From contig CAWFVI010000006.1 of NCBI GenBank assembly GCA_963819245.1, forward strand, positions 8,155-72,154: DNA of 64,000 bases, in the 5' to 3' direction. Positions within the stretch are counted from its first letter, which is position 1; each line of letters opens with the position of its first letter. This DNA is from an uncultured Acidobacteriota bacterium (GTDB lineage Bacteria; Acidobacteriota; Terriglobia; Terriglobales; Acidobacteriaceae). Both the position numbers and the translations under genes were made by a program. Below, piece after piece: positions 38,489 to 49,330 of this stretch. The notes beneath the pieces were generated by a model that saw only the letters and a list, made by a program, of their open reading frames with translations, ran no database searches and was not told the DNA's origin.

Positions 38489-39955
38489 CTAACGCGCCCA
38501 CTCAGCCGCGGTGCGCGCGGCATAGTCGAGAAGTCGTCCGGGGAGCACACCAAGATAAATGGTTGCGGCCAAGCTGATAGCAAGCGCAGTTCCAAGTCCG
38601 AGCGGAATCGGTGACACCGGCACTTCCTCTCGCGCTTCGCGCATGTACATCACGACGATCAGCCGCAGATAATAGTAAGAAGCCACCGCGCTGTTGAGAA
38701 CGCCAATAATCACCAGCCCGACCAGATTGGCTTGCAGCGCCGCACTGAATACGTAAAACTTGGCGAAAAAACCACCGGTAATTGGAATACCGATCAAGGA
38801 CAAAAGAAAAATCGTCAGAATCGCCGCCAGCAACGGGCTGCGCCGTCCAAGTCCCTCATAATCTTCCAGCGTAACGTAACGTTCGCCCTCGCCAGCGATA
38901 TGGCTGATCACAGCAAAAGCCCCGACGTTCATCGCTGCGTAGGTGGCCGTGTAAAACATCGCGGCTGGAATGCCATTGTTGGGCAAAGCCGCATATGCAA
39001 CCAGCAAGTATCCGGCGTGAGCAATGGAAGAGTACGCCAGCAACCGCTTCACGTTGTCCTGCACGAGGGCGCCGAGGTTGCCCACGGTCATCGACAGGGC
39101 GGCCGCGACCCAAATCAACCAGAGCCGCCCCGGAGCGTCAGCTTCAAACATGATCCGCAGCAACACCGCGAACACCGCCGCCTTGGGAGCGGTGGACATG
39201 AATCCGACTACGGGCGCGGGTGCACCTTCATACACGTCGGGCGTCCACACGTGGAACGGAGCTGCCGCCACTTTAAAGCCCAGGCCCACGAACATGAACG
39301 CAACTCCGACATAGGCCAGGATTGGAATGTCCCCGGAGCGGAGCGCATCTCCGATTACGCTGATGCTCGTCGAACCGGTGGCTCCGAACATCAGCGCGAC
39401 TCCATAGAGAAAAAACGCGGTCGCAAACGAGCCGAGCAGGAAGTACTTGACCGAAGATTCGCTGCTGATCGCGGCGCGCCGTCGAAATCCAGCCAGAATG
39501 TAAGTGGAGATCGACGAGATTTCCAGCGCGATAAAGATCAGAACAAGTTCCACCGCAGACGACATCAAGCTCATGCCGACCGCGCCGAACAAGACTAACG
39601 CGTAGTATTCGCCCGCGCGAATCCGTTGCACTTGCATGTACTCGTAAGAGGTCAGGATTACAACCGCGGTAACGGCCGCAACCAGAAAGTGGAAGAAGAC
39701 GCTGAAACTGTCCACCCGCACCATGTTCCAGAAGCCCAGGCCCGGATATTGCGACTGGAACAACGTTGCCACCAGCGTTGCCAATGAGCCAACCAGCGCA
39801 ATGGTTCCCAGCGTCCTTTGACTACCACGCTCGTCCATCACAGGATCGAGCACCATCACGATCATGCCAAAAACCGTCAGCACAATTTCTGGCAAGATCC
39901 GCACATAGTCGGCTGCCTGGGGAATCACTTGCACGAGGTCGTTGGCGTTGTTCAC
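38489..39955 (-). CDS. nuoN: NADH-quinone oxidoreductase subunit N
   Basis: Antiporter-like 14-TM subunit; ATGA overlap with nuoM. Confidence 0.9.
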   Translation of the reverse strand: MNNANDLVQVIPQAADYVRILPEIVLTVFGMIVMVLDPVMDERGSQRTLGTIALVGSLATLVATLFQSQYPGLGFWNMVRVDSFSVFFHFLVAAVTAVVILTSYEYMQVQRIRAGEYYALVLFGAVGMSLMSSAVELVLIFIALEISSISTYILAGFRRRAAISSESSVKYFLLGSFATAFFLYGVALMFGATGSTSISVIGDALRSGDIPILAYVGVAFMFVGLGFKVAAAPFHVWTPDVYEGAPAPVVGFMSTAPKAAVFAVLLRIMFEADAPGRLWLIWVAAALSMTVGNLGALVQDNVKRLLAYSSIAHAGYLLVAYAALPNNGIPAAMFYTATYAAMNVGAFAVISHIAGEGERYVTLEDYEGLGRRSPLLAAILTIFLLSLIGIPITGGFFAKFYVFSAALQANLVGLVIIGVLNSAVASYYYLRLIVVMYMREAREEVPVSPIPLGLGTALAISLAATIYLGVLPGRLLDYAARTAAEWAR

Positions 39956-41466
39956 CGGCCGACCACCTTGCCGACCAGTTGCGCGAACGGTGCCAGTGCC
40001 GTTTGTACGGCGGGATCAATCGAGTTTAGCCAGAGCAGCGGCGCCACGCCCATCACCAGAGCGGCGGCCGCCGCGGGCCAGAGCGCAGCGCGTTCACGTC
40101 CGCTCAGATCGGGCAACGACAGGTTGATCGGGTGCGTAACTTTGCCGTAGAAGACCCGTTGATACATCCAGAGCAAATAACAGGCGCTCCAGATGACGCC
40201 CGTTGCACCCAGAATGCCGTAAACTGCGCGATCGCGGAAAGCGCCGCTGAGCACCAGGAACTCGCCCACGAAGCCGTTGAGCAGAGGCAATCCCACGGAC
40301 GCGAGCACGATGAACAGAAAAAATGTAGCGTAGACCGGCATGGGAGTGGCGAGACCGCCAAATTCGGCAATCTCGTAAGTATGGCGCCGCTCGTAAAGAA
40401 TTCCCGCCAGCATGAACAGCGCTCCTGTGGAAACGCCATGCGCCAGCATGACGAAGGTCGCGCCATCCAGTCCTGCCTGGGTGAAGCTGAAAATTCCCAG
40501 CACAACAAAGCCGAGGTGGCTGATCGAAGAGTACGCGATCAGCTTCTTCATATTCGGTTGCACCATCGCGACCAGCGCGCCATAGACGATGCCGATCAGC
40601 GCCAGCACCATGATCCACGAAGCATTGCTCCGCGACTGCTCAGGGAACAGGCCGAGATTGAAGCGAAACATGCCATATGTGCCCATCTTGAGCAGAACGC
40701 CGGCCAGCAGAACCGAACCCGCCGTGGGCGCTTCTACGTGCGCGTCAGGCAGCCACGTATGGACCGGGAAAACTGGAACTTTCACCGCGAACGCGATGAA
40801 GAATCCCAGAAAAAGCCAGAGCGCCGCGCCAGAAAAATTCTCGACCTGGCCATTGTGGATTGCCGTCTGGATGCTGACGAAATCGAACGTTCCAGTTTTC
40901 GCGTAGAGCCACAGGATCGCCGCCAGCATAAACATCGAAGCGACCATGGTATACAAGAAGAACTTGACCGCCGCATACACGCGGCGTCCGTGCCCGTAAA
41001 TGCCGATCAGCAAAGCCATCGGAATCAACGTAGCTTCCCAGAAGAAGTAAAAAAGAAATAAATCAAGCGCGACGAAGACGCCGATCAGCGCCGTCTGGAG
41101 AACTAACAGCAGAATGAAAAATTCCTTCACTCTTTCATGAATCGACTTCCACGAGATGAGCACGCAGAGCGGCGTCAAGAACGTGGTCAGAACCACCAGC
41201 CACATGGAAACACCATCTACTCCCATGTGGTAATGGATATTCGGATTCGAGATCCACTGATTGTTAACCTCGTATTGAAACGCGGTTTGTCCTCGCTGAA
41301 AATGCACCGGCAGGTGCAAGGAAAGAACAAAATCGAGCAACGAGACCACGAGAGCAAACAGACGAATATCCCGGTCGCGCCGCGGAAACAGCAGCAGCAA
41401 AAGCGCACCCGCCAGCGGAATGAACGTGACCAGCGTAAGTATCGAGTTGTCCAGCGCGGTGCTCAT
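39952..41466 (-). CDS. nuoM: NADH-quinone oxidoreductase subunit M
   Basis: 'HTWLPDAHVEAPTAGSVLLAGVLLKMG'; ATGA overlap with nuoL. Confidence 0.9.
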   Translation of the reverse strand: MSTALDNSILTLVTFIPLAGALLLLLFPRRDRDIRLFALVVSLLDFVLSLHLPVHFQRGQTAFQYEVNNQWISNPNIHYHMGVDGVSMWLVVLTTFLTPLCVLISWKSIHERVKEFFILLLVLQTALIGVFVALDLFLFYFFWEATLIPMALLIGIYGHGRRVYAAVKFFLYTMVASMFMLAAILWLYAKTGTFDFVSIQTAIHNGQVENFSGAALWLFLGFFIAFAVKVPVFPVHTWLPDAHVEAPTAGSVLLAGVLLKMGTYGMFRFNLGLFPEQSRSNASWIMVLALIGIVYGALVAMVQPNMKKLIAYSSISHLGFVVLGIFSFTQAGLDGATFVMLAHGVSTGALFMLAGILYERRHTYEIAEFGGLATPMPVYATFFLFIVLASVGLPLLNGFVGEFLVLSGAFRDRAVYGILGATGVIWSACYLLWMYQRVFYGKVTHPINLSLPDLSGRERAALWPAAAAALVMGVAPLLWLNSIDPAVQTALAPFAQLVGKVVGR

Positions 41467-43478
41467 CGTGTTCCCGTCCAGACCATGTACGCGATCACGA
41501 CCGCCGCTCCCGCGGCGATCCATCCGGCATAAGAGCGAAGATTACCCGACTGCATATGGCGCACAGCGTCGGAAACCTCGCGTGCTCCCTCGGCGCTGTT
41601 GTCCAGGGTCGCATCGATGACGTCCTGATCGATGCCATGCCAGAGAATCCGAGTCGAGCCATCGATGAGAGGCTTCACGAAGACAGCTGCATAAATCTCG
41701 TCCACGTAATATTTGTGCACGACGACTTCGTAGAGACCACCTAACGCGTGAGCAATTTCCTGCGGCAACTGCGGCCGCTTCTGGTACAAGAGCCAAGCCA
41801 GAAAGAGTCCCGAGGCAGCAGCAAGAACTGAAATGCTCTCGAGGAGTCCTTCCGAAGCACCGTGCTCTTTCTGCTCCGACACCGGAGTCGCTGTGCCCAC
41901 TTCCTCAAGCGAATTTGCGGTCACGCCGGCGTGAAGCACCGGAGAGAGAAACTTGTCGAAACGTTCTCCGCCAGCCCAACCACCACAAATCGAAAGCAAC
42001 GCCAAAATCACGAGAGGTATGAGCATGATCGTCGGGCTCTCATGAATACCGCCATGCCCGTGTGGCGCGGGCGCACCCGCCCGCGAACCGCTGACGGCGT
42101 GAACGTGGTCGTCGCCATGAGCAGTCACGGTTTCGCCTCGGTACTCGCCGAAGAACGTCAGGAACCAGAGCCGGAACATATAAAAAGAAGTCAAGAAAGC
42201 CGTGAACACGCCGATCGCCCAGAACACCCAGCTCCCATGCTCGCCCGAGAATGCCTTCCACAGGATCGCGTCCTTGCTGAAGAATCCCGCGAATGGAGGG
42301 AATCCCGCGATGGCAAAAGTTGCCGCTGTCATCGTCCAGAACGTCCAAGGAATGTAATGCCGCAACCCGCCCATGCGGCGCATGTCCTGCTCGCCGCCGA
42401 TGGCATGGATCACCGAACCCGCCGCGAGAAACAGCAGCCCTTTGAAGAACGCATGAGTCATCAGATGGAAAATTCCCGCGGAATACGCGGCTACGCCACA
42501 AGCTAGAAACATGTAGCCGAGCTGTGAAATCGTAGAGTAGGCCAGAACTTTCTTGATGTCAGTCTGGCAAACGCCAATCGTCGCGGCGAACAAAGCCGTC
42601 AACGTTCCGACGATCGCAACCACCATCAAAGCTTGCGGTGCACGATCGAAAACCGCATGCGACCGCACGACCATATAGACCCCGGCGGTCACCATGGTCG
42701 CTGCGTGGATGAGCGCGGAAACCGGCGTCGGGCCTTCCATTGCGTCCGGCAACCAAACATAAAGCGGAAGCTGCGCCGACTTTCCGGCACCTCCCACCAT
42801 CAGCAGCAGGCCGATCGCAGTCAACAAACCGGCGCCAGCGGTTTCTGCAGGCATGCCGGATACGATTCGAAACACCGGCTCAAAACTCAGCGAGCCAAAA
42901 TGTTTGATCATCAGGAACAGCGCGATCAAGAATCCGAAGTCACCAATGCGATTGACGATGAATGCCTTTTTGCCGGCGGAGGCCGCGGAATCCTTCGTGA
43001 ACCAGAATCCGATCAGCAGATAAGACGCCAGCCCCACCCCTTCCCATCCGACAAACATCAGGAGGTAGTTGCTGGCCAGAATCAGCGTGAGCATGAAGAA
43101 CATGAAAAGATTGAGGTACGAGAAAAACCGGTAGAACCCACCCTCTTCCCACATATAACCGACCGAATAAATGTGAATGAGGAAGCCGACCCCAGTGACC
43201 ACCAGTAGCATTACTAACGAAAGTTGATCGAGGTAAAACGCGAAGTCCGCCTGAAAATCGCCAGCGCGTATCCACGACGCCAGCCTCTCCACATGAGGCA
43301 GCGTCAAAGAAGAATACTGGCTGACAATCCACAGCGCCATCGCAAACGCGGCGCCGCAAAATCCAAGCGCAATTGCCGATACGGTCTGACGCGAAAAGCG
43401 CTTCCCGAACAGACCATTAATGGCAGCGCCCACCAGAGGCAGCACCGGAATCAGCCAGAGATAAAGATTCGGCGTCAT
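41463..43478 (-). CDS. nuoL: NADH-quinone oxidoreductase subunit L
   Basis: '[28 protein letters not shown]'; 671 aa with C-terminal lateral-helix region. Confidence 0.92.
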   Translation of the reverse strand: MTPNLYLWLIPVLPLVGAAINGLFGKRFSRQTVSAIALGFCGAAFAMALWIVSQYSSLTLPHVERLASWIRAGDFQADFAFYLDQLSLVMLLVVTGVGFLIHIYSVGYMWEEGGFYRFFSYLNLFMFFMLTLILASNYLLMFVGWEGVGLASYLLIGFWFTKDSAASAGKKAFIVNRIGDFGFLIALFLMIKHFGSLSFEPVFRIVSGMPAETAGAGLLTAIGLLLMVGGAGKSAQLPLYVWLPDAMEGPTPVSALIHAATMVTAGVYMVVRSHAVFDRAPQALMVVAIVGTLTALFAATIGVCQTDIKKVLAYSTISQLGYMFLACGVAAYSAGIFHLMTHAFFKGLLFLAAGSVIHAIGGEQDMRRMGGLRHYIPWTFWTMTAATFAIAGFPPFAGFFSKDAILWKAFSGEHGSWVFWAIGVFTAFLTSFYMFRLWFLTFFGEYRGETVTAHGDDHVHAVSGSRAGAPAPHGHGGIHESPTIMLIPLVILALLSICGGWAGGERFDKFLSPVLHAGVTANSLEEVGTATPVSEQKEHGASEGLLESISVLAAASGLFLAWLLYQKRPQLPQEIAHALGGLYEVVVHKYYVDEIYAAVFVKPLIDGSTRILWHGIDQDVIDATLDNSAEGAREVSDAVRHMQSGNLRSYAGWIAAGAAVVIAYMVWTGTR

Positions 43479-43777
43479 AGTTTAAGCAGGTTTACCCGAT
43501 CCACGTTAAGAGTCTCTCGCGTGCGGTACACGGCAATAATGATCGCCAGCCCCACTGTCGCTTCCGCCGCTGCCACCACCATCACAAAGAACACAAAAAC
43601 TTGTCCGCTGAGCGCGTGCCATTGCGCTGCGAATGCAACGAAAGACAAATTCACACCATTGAGCATCAGCTCAATCGACATGAAAATGGTGATGATGTTG
43701 CGCTTGATCAGAAACCCGGTCACGCCACAGGCGAACAGGATGCCGCTAAGCACAAGGTAATAAGAAAGCGGTACCAT
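43475..43777 (-). CDS. nuoK: NADH-quinone oxidoreductase subunit K
   Basis: 100 aa, 3 TM, '[16 protein letters not shown]'. Confidence 0.9.
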   Translation of the reverse strand: MVPLSYYLVLSGILFACGVTGFLIKRNIITIFMSIELMLNGVNLSFVAFAAQWHALSGQVFVFFVMVVAAAEATVGLAIIIAVYRTRETLNVDRVNLLKL

Positions 43778-44313
43778 CAGCCCTCCCTCTTGTCGGGTTG
43801 GCTGGATGCTTCTCGCACCGACGCCGGATGGCTCGCCAGGACTACTGCGCCCAGAATCGCGATCAACACAAGGACCGACGTTACTTCAAATGGAAGTAGG
43901 AAATCATGAAAGAGCAGCCATCCGATTACCTTAGGCGGACCAGGGAGTGCGCCGACTGCCACGTTTCCCGTACCTGAGCGTTCAAGCAGTACCCACGCAA
44001 CCAGCACACTGCCAATGAGCATTCCGGGAATCCCAAACAGCATCGCCACCCGGCTGCCTTTGCTTCGGTCTTCTACGCCAGCGTTCAACAACATGATCAC
44101 GAAGACGAACAGCACCATAATCGCTCCGGCGTAGACAATCACCTGCACGGCCGCGACAAACTCCGCGCCCAACAGCAGATACTCGACCGCGAGCGAACCC
44201 ATGACCACGACCAGCGACAACGCGCTGTTGATGGGGTGCCGCTGCACCAGCAGATTGACCGCGCCGGCAACGCACACCAAGCCAAACATCGAAAATACAA
44301 GCAAATGAAGCAT
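43777..44313 (-). CDS. nuoJ: NADH-quinone oxidoreductase subunit J
   Basis: '[51 protein letters not shown]'. Confidence 0.9.
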   Translation of the reverse strand: MLHLLVFSMFGLVCVAGAVNLLVQRHPINSALSLVVVMGSLAVEYLLLGAEFVAAVQVIVYAGAIMVLFVFVIMLLNAGVEDRSKGSRVAMLFGIPGMLIGSVLVAWVLLERSGTGNVAVGALPGPPKVIGWLLFHDFLLPFEVTSVLVLIAILGAVVLASHPASVREASSQPDKREG

Positions 44314-44328
44314 CGTTTAATTCTTGCG

Positions 44329-45369
44329 CTACGATCTCAATGCCACGATCAAAGCCGTGATTACCAGGTTCGCAATGGCCAGCGGCAGCAGAAACTTCCA
44401 CCCGAACGCCATCAACTGGTCGTAGCGAAACCGCGGCAACGTGCCGCGCACCCATATATAAAGGAACAGAAACGTGAATATCTTGGCCGCAAACCAGAAC
44501 ACTGGCAGGATCGCTTGCACAATGGGCGGTCCGAAGCGATGCGGCCCATGCCATCCGCCCAGGAAAAGCAAAGTTGCCAGACATGCCACTGTAATCATGT
44601 TGGCGTACTCCGCCATGAAGAACATCGCGAATTTCATGGCGCTGTACTCGGTGTGGTATCCGGCGACCAGTTCGGTTTCCGCCTCCGGCAAATCGAACGG
44701 AATTCGATTGGTTTCGGCGTACGCAGCCATCAGATAGATGAAGAACGCGACGAACTGTCCCTGGAAAATGTTCCAGCGCGGGATGAATCCCCAAAATGTT
44801 CCGCTCTGCGCATCGACGATATCTCGTAAACTGAAACTACCCGCCATAATCAGTACGCCGACCAGCGAAAGGCCGAGTGAGATTTCGTAACTCACCATCT
44901 GCGCGCTGGCGCGCAATCCGCCCAGCAGCGAATATTTGCTGTTCGACGACCAGCCAGCCAGTGCAACGCCGTACACGCCTAACGAAGTGATGCCCAGCAC
45001 AATCAGCAGGCCGATGTTTACATCGACGATCTCGAGCGGCGTGTGGATTCCGAACACCGTAATCCAGTTGCCGACGGGAATGAGCGAGATCGAGGTTAGC
45101 GCGAAAATCAACGCGATCATCGGCGCCGCAATGTACAGCGGCTTGTACACGTGCGGCGGTAACAGATCCTCTTTGAAAATGAACTTGACTCCGTCCGCCA
45201 GCGGCTGCAGCAGGCCAAACGGGCCCACCCGCGTGGGGCCCCAGCGATTCTGAATGTGGCCCACAACCTTGCGCTCCAGCCACACCGTGTACGCGACAGC
45301 CGTAAGCAACACGCCGAGTGCGATCACAATCTTAATGACGGAAACGAGAATGAATACGCTTAGGCTCAA
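44329..45369 (-). CDS. nuoH: NADH-quinone oxidoreductase subunit H
   Basis: 'ERKVVGHIQNRWGPTRVGPFGLLQPLADG', 'GWSSNSKYSLLGGLRA', 'ETNRIPFDLPEAE'. Confidence 0.92.
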   Translation of the reverse strand: MSLSVFILVSVIKIVIALGVLLTAVAYTVWLERKVVGHIQNRWGPTRVGPFGLLQPLADGVKFIFKEDLLPPHVYKPLYIAAPMIALIFALTSISLIPVGNWITVFGIHTPLEIVDVNIGLLIVLGITSLGVYGVALAGWSSNSKYSLLGGLRASAQMVSYEISLGLSLVGVLIMAGSFSLRDIVDAQSGTFWGFIPRWNIFQGQFVAFFIYLMAAYAETNRIPFDLPEAETELVAGYHTEYSAMKFAMFFMAEYANMITVACLATLLFLGGWHGPHRFGPPIVQAILPVFWFAAKIFTFLFLYIWVRGTLPRFRYDQLMAFGWKFLLPLAIANLVITALIVALRS

Positions 45370-45462
45370 AAAGATCTTTCTTGAGAATTGTTACTTGCGT
45401 AATCCCAGGAGGCATCGGCCACGAAGGATATGCCGCATTCTGACACAGCTGCTTAATTGATA

Positions 45463-45515
45463 CTCCTCGCCCGGTCCTTTGCGGCTAAAGCCACTCGGGA
45501 TGATAGCGCGAGGAG
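45463..45515. repeat. Imperfect inverted repeat in the nuoG-nuoH spacer (arms ctcctcgc / gcgaggag enclosing a 'tcatcccgag'-type REP-like core)
   Basis: Read directly. Confidence 0.6.
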
Positions 45516-45525
45516 AGTTGGTAGT

Positions 45526-47889
45526 TCAGTCGGCGGCAACCTCTGCCTCGGCCGGCTGCTTGTGACGATTCTCAATTACCGAATTCAAAGTGCGGGAGTA
45601 ACGGCCCAATGTGCCCGAGCTGAAAAGACTATCCTGTGCGGGCACGATCAACTCCGGATTATGCAGAGCCCCAGGTCCGCTTCCGGACAAAGTCGTGTGC
45701 TGGTCGTTGCCGGCCAGGATATTCATCCGGGAGACATCGTAGCCGGGCACCAGTCGCTGAATCTCGTCCAGAATGGCCATGGGATCGAATGGGCTCATCT
45801 TCGGTTCGAGCCCGTTGGCTTCAAGCCATACCGCGTGCCGGTCTGCTTCGCCGGATTGCGCGCCGCGCGATTGTCCCATGTCTGTGCCGACTCCTCGCCC
45901 AAACGGGACCAACCGCTGAACTTCGAAACCCATCGCACCCGCAATACGGACGATCATCTCGAAATCAGATTTTGTGCCGGTGACCTCGCCCGCCTTCTTT
46001 ACCAACTGCAGGTCGCCGCACGTATTGGTGAACGTTCCTGACTTCTCGTAAGCATTGGCGGCAGGTAACACCACGTCGGCAATCACGGCCGTCTCGGTCA
46101 AGAACATGTCTTGCACCACCACGAAACTGTTCGAAAAGGCAAAGGGATCGATACCGAACTGTTCGACCGGATTTGCACCAACAACGTAAAAGGCCTTCAA
46201 CTGACCGGCTTTCGCGCTTTCGACCATCTCCGGCAGAGTCAAGCCAGGTGTTTGTGGGACGCTGTCCCACTCTTCGTGAAACTTGCCCTTATCCGAAACC
46301 CGCTGATAGCCCGGAAGCAGGTCGGGATAGAGGCCCATGTCGGCAGCGCCGCGCGAGTTGGAGTAGTCACTCAAGCAAACGACTTTCGCACCTCGGATAC
46401 CCGAGGCGAACTCCACAACCGAAGTAATGTCCCTGCCCCGGATCTCCGATCCAAAAATTATGACGAGGTTTGGTTCGCCGCGCAGTTTGTCACGCAAGGC
46501 GATCCAGGAATCGCGGCCGGTTTCTGCGCTCACAATTGCTTGTACAACCGCGTCGTCGCCCGCGAGAAACGCAGCCAGTTGTCCTTCTGATCCGGCCGGA
46601 ATCTGGACGAAGCTGGTCGCTTGCCGACGCAATTTAATAGGCTGCGAATTGATCACGTACAATCTTGCCCGATGCAGCCGGACATTATTCCGAATCTGCC
46701 ACGCGAGCAATGGATGCTGCTCAGTGGGATCGTTGCCGATCAGCAAAATCGCGGGGGAATTAAAAACCTCCCTCATGGTGGCGGTTGATTCCGGCTTTCT
46801 CGCGAGCGCTGCAGCCAGAGCCGGGAAGTCCGCAGTGCGATGGTGGTCGATGTTATTCGTTCCCAGCACCACGCGAGCGAACTTTTGCAGCAGGTAATTC
46901 TCTTCATTAGTGGTGCGGTTAGATCCGAAAGCCCCGATCGCTTGTCCCCCGGCCTGGTCGCAGATCTCCCTGAATCGTTTCCCGATCAACTCGAACGCTT
47001 CTTCCCATGTTGACGCAGTCAATCGTCCGTTCTTGCGGATCAACGGCTGCGTCAGGCGATCTTCGTGATGCGCAAAATCGAAAGCGTAACGTCCCTTGAT
47101 GCAAAGAAAGTCGCCATTGATGCCGCTCTTGTCGCGATTGTCCCCGCGCACAATCTCCATGCCGGTATCGGATCGGCGCACGCCCAGCGTCGTTTTGCAG
47201 CCGTCGGCACAGTGGGTGCAAGTCGTGCCTACGTGCTTCATCTCCCAGGGGCGCGTCTTGTAGCGATACGCGCCCGAAGTCAGCGCGCCCACGGGGCATA
47301 TGTCGATGCACATACCGCACTCTTCGCATTCGAGATGATCATCCTGATTGGGCGCGATGATTGAGCTCACGCCTCGGTTCTGCACGCCCAGAGCCCACAC
47401 ATCCATGCCCTCGCCACAGACCCGCACGCAGCGGTAGCACAAGATGCAACGCGGTCTGTCGAAGAAAACCACCGGTGACCACTGTTGCTCTTCCTTATGA
47501 TTCTTGGCGTCGATGTATTTCGATTCGGCGGCACCATAGGAGAAAGTCATATCCTGCAGTTCGCATTCGCCGCCCGCATCGCAAACCGGACAGTCGAGCG
47601 GATGATTGCCCAGCAGCAATTCAACCATGCCCTTGCGCGCCTGATGAATCTCCGGCGTGTCGGTCGAAACGATCATGCCCTCGCTGATCACCGTAGTGCA
47701 CGCGGTCTGCAGCTTGGGCATTTTTTCGACCTTGACCAGGCACATGCGGCAAGCGCCCTGCAATGAAAGATTAGGGTAGTAGCAGAATGAGGGCACCTCG
47801 ATGCCTACGCTCTTGCAAGCCTCAATGAGCAGGGTCCCGGCGGGAGCGGTGACCTTCTTGCCGTCCACCGTAATGTTTACGTCAGCCAT
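45526..47889 (-). CDS. nuoG: NADH-quinone oxidoreductase subunit G
   Basis: 'CYYPNLSLQGACRMC', 'HPLDCPVCDAGGECELQ', 'CILCYRCVRVC', 'CEECGMCIDICPVGAL', molybdopterin-oxidoreductase-like C-terminal part. Confidence 0.92.
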   Translation of the reverse strand: MADVNITVDGKKVTAPAGTLLIEACKSVGIEVPSFCYYPNLSLQGACRMCLVKVEKMPKLQTACTTVISEGMIVSTDTPEIHQARKGMVELLLGNHPLDCPVCDAGGECELQDMTFSYGAAESKYIDAKNHKEEQQWSPVVFFDRPRCILCYRCVRVCGEGMDVWALGVQNRGVSSIIAPNQDDHLECEECGMCIDICPVGALTSGAYRYKTRPWEMKHVGTTCTHCADGCKTTLGVRRSDTGMEIVRGDNRDKSGINGDFLCIKGRYAFDFAHHEDRLTQPLIRKNGRLTASTWEEAFELIGKRFREICDQAGGQAIGAFGSNRTTNEENYLLQKFARVVLGTNNIDHHRTADFPALAAALARKPESTATMREVFNSPAILLIGNDPTEQHPLLAWQIRNNVRLHRARLYVINSQPIKLRRQATSFVQIPAGSEGQLAAFLAGDDAVVQAIVSAETGRDSWIALRDKLRGEPNLVIIFGSEIRGRDITSVVEFASGIRGAKVVCLSDYSNSRGAADMGLYPDLLPGYQRVSDKGKFHEEWDSVPQTPGLTLPEMVESAKAGQLKAFYVVGANPVEQFGIDPFAFSNSFVVVQDMFLTETAVIADVVLPAANAYEKSGTFTNTCGDLQLVKKAGEVTGTKSDFEMIVRIAGAMGFEVQRLVPFGRGVGTDMGQSRGAQSGEADRHAVWLEANGLEPKMSPFDPMAILDEIQRLVPGYDVSRMNILAGNDQHTTLSGSGPGALHNPELIVPAQDSLFSSGTLGRYSRTLNSVIENRHKQPAEAEVAAD

Positions 47890-47894
47890 AAAAT

Positions 47895-47973
47895 CGTCGT
47901 TGGTCGTTCGTCGTCAGTCGTTGGCAGACGCATCGGTGTCGGCTGCGTGAGCCAACGACCAACGGCTAACGAC
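47895..47973. repeat. REP-like element filling the nuoF-nuoG spacer: GTCGTTGG twice forward, CCAACGAC once reverse; 9-bp stem 47917-47925/47951-47959
   Basis: Read directly. Confidence 0.7.
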
Positions 47974-49293
47974 TTAAGCCATTACCGCTGCTGGCTCACC
48001 CACGCCCACCTTCTCAAACGGACACGGCCTGCCTTCCAAATGATCTTCAAATTCCTTGCGGAATTTCTTCACGATGGAAATCGTCGGCATGGCCGCCGCG
48101 TCGCCCAGCGGACAGAAGGTGCGTCCCAGCATGTTTTCCGAAAGGTACTGAATGTTATCGATGTCTTTCTTAACTCCGCCACCGGCGTGAAATCGCGTCA
48201 ATGTTTTCTTCAACCAGTCCGTGCCTTCGCGGCAGGGGATGCACCATCCGCAACTCTCGTGCTGATAAAACTTCATGATCCGCAAAGCAAATTTCACCAT
48301 GCAGGTGGTGTCGTCCACGACGACGACGCCGCCTGAGCCGAGCATCGTTCCCGCTTTCATCATTGAATCAAAGTCCATGGAGACATCGATTTCGCCAGTT
48401 GTCAAGACTGGGCAACTGGAGCCGCCCGGAACCACAGCCTTCAAAGCGCGGCCATTCGAAATGCCACCACCCACTTCATAGATCATTCTTTTGAGGTTGT
48501 AGCCCATGGGCAACTCATATACCCCAGGCCGATTCAAGTGCCCGCTCAAACAGAACAGGCGCGTCCCGCCATTCTTGGGCGGCCCGAGCTTAGCAAACCA
48601 ATCTGCGCCGCCCAGCAGGATGTGGGGCACGCTCGCCAGCGTCTCTGCATTATTAATGACCGTCGGTCCGCCCCACAGCCCGACCACAGCCGGGAAGGGA
48701 GGCCGGATTCGGGGGATGCCGCGCTTGCCCTCGAGCGATTCCATCAGTGCCGACTCTTCGCCTACTTCATACGCCCCCGCACCGCCATGCCAGTAGACTT
48801 CGAAATCATAGCCGCTGCCGAAAATGTTCTTGCCCAGAAATCCCCGCGCGTAGGCATCCTTGATCGCCTTCTGCATGATCTCCAGTAAATATCGGTACTC
48901 GCCGCGGATGTAGATGTATCCAGCGTGCGAGCCCGTAGCAATTCCCGCGATCACCACACCTTCAATCACCGCGTGTGGGTCGTGCTCAAAAATCAGACGG
49001 TCTTTACAGGTGCCCGGCTCGCTCTCATCGCCATTACACAAAATGTATTTCGGCTTCGAGGATTGCTTGGGCACGAACGACCACTTCATCCCAGTGTTGA
49101 ATCCCGCTCCGCCGCGACCGCGCAGACCGGAATCCTTCACCAGATTGACGATGGCATCCGGCTGCATCCCCAGCGCTTTCTGGACGGCTTTGTAGCCGTC
49201 GAGCTCCAAGTAGCGATCGATATCAGTCGCACCCCTGCCAAAGCGTTTGGAGACGACTTTCACTTCGTCGGGATGGGAAACCAAGTCAGCCAT
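47974..49293 (-). CDS. nuoF: NADH-quinone oxidoreductase subunit F
   Basis: 'GLRGRGGAGFNTGMKW', 'NGDESEPGTCKDR', 'ESCGWCIPCREG'. Confidence 0.93.
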   Translation of the reverse strand: MADLVSHPDEVKVVSKRFGRGATDIDRYLELDGYKAVQKALGMQPDAIVNLVKDSGLRGRGGAGFNTGMKWSFVPKQSSKPKYILCNGDESEPGTCKDRLIFEHDPHAVIEGVVIAGIATGSHAGYIYIRGEYRYLLEIMQKAIKDAYARGFLGKNIFGSGYDFEVYWHGGAGAYEVGEESALMESLEGKRGIPRIRPPFPAVVGLWGGPTVINNAETLASVPHILLGGADWFAKLGPPKNGGTRLFCLSGHLNRPGVYELPMGYNLKRMIYEVGGGISNGRALKAVVPGGSSCPVLTTGEIDVSMDFDSMMKAGTMLGSGGVVVVDDTTCMVKFALRIMKFYQHESCGWCIPCREGTDWLKKTLTRFHAGGGVKKDIDNIQYLSENMLGRTFCPLGDAAAMPTISIVKKFRKEFEDHLEGRPCPFEKVGVGEPAAVMA

Positions 49294-49298
49294 GTTAG

Positions 49299-49330
49299 TG
49301 AGTCATTGACTCAATGAGTCATTGACTCAA
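49299..49330. repeat. Perfect tandem duplication of a 16-nt unit tgagtcattgactcaa, each containing the palindrome TGAGTCA-T-TGACTCA; spans the nuoE stop and the nuoE-nuoF spacer
   Basis: Copies at 49299-49314 and 49315-49330, identical. Confidence 0.9.

Noticed and set aside
38732-41061. Long plus-strand ORFs (38732..39598, 288 aa; 40132..41061, 309 aa; 40094..40618 and others) overlapping nuoN and nuoM
   Set aside because: They are antisense or off-frame shadows of GC3-rich membrane-protein genes. Their translations are Arg/His/Gln/Glu-rich low-complexity strings with no motifs, whereas the minus-strand frames give textbook NuoM/NuoN sequences.
49299-49330. Interpreting the TGAGTCA-T-TGACTCA repeats as Rex, FNR or CRP operators controlling nuo
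   Set aside because: The half-sites and spacing do not match TTGTGAA-N4-TTCACAA (Rex), TTGAT-N4-ATCAA (FNR) or TGTGA-N6-TCACA (CRP). I kept it only as an unexplained repeat.
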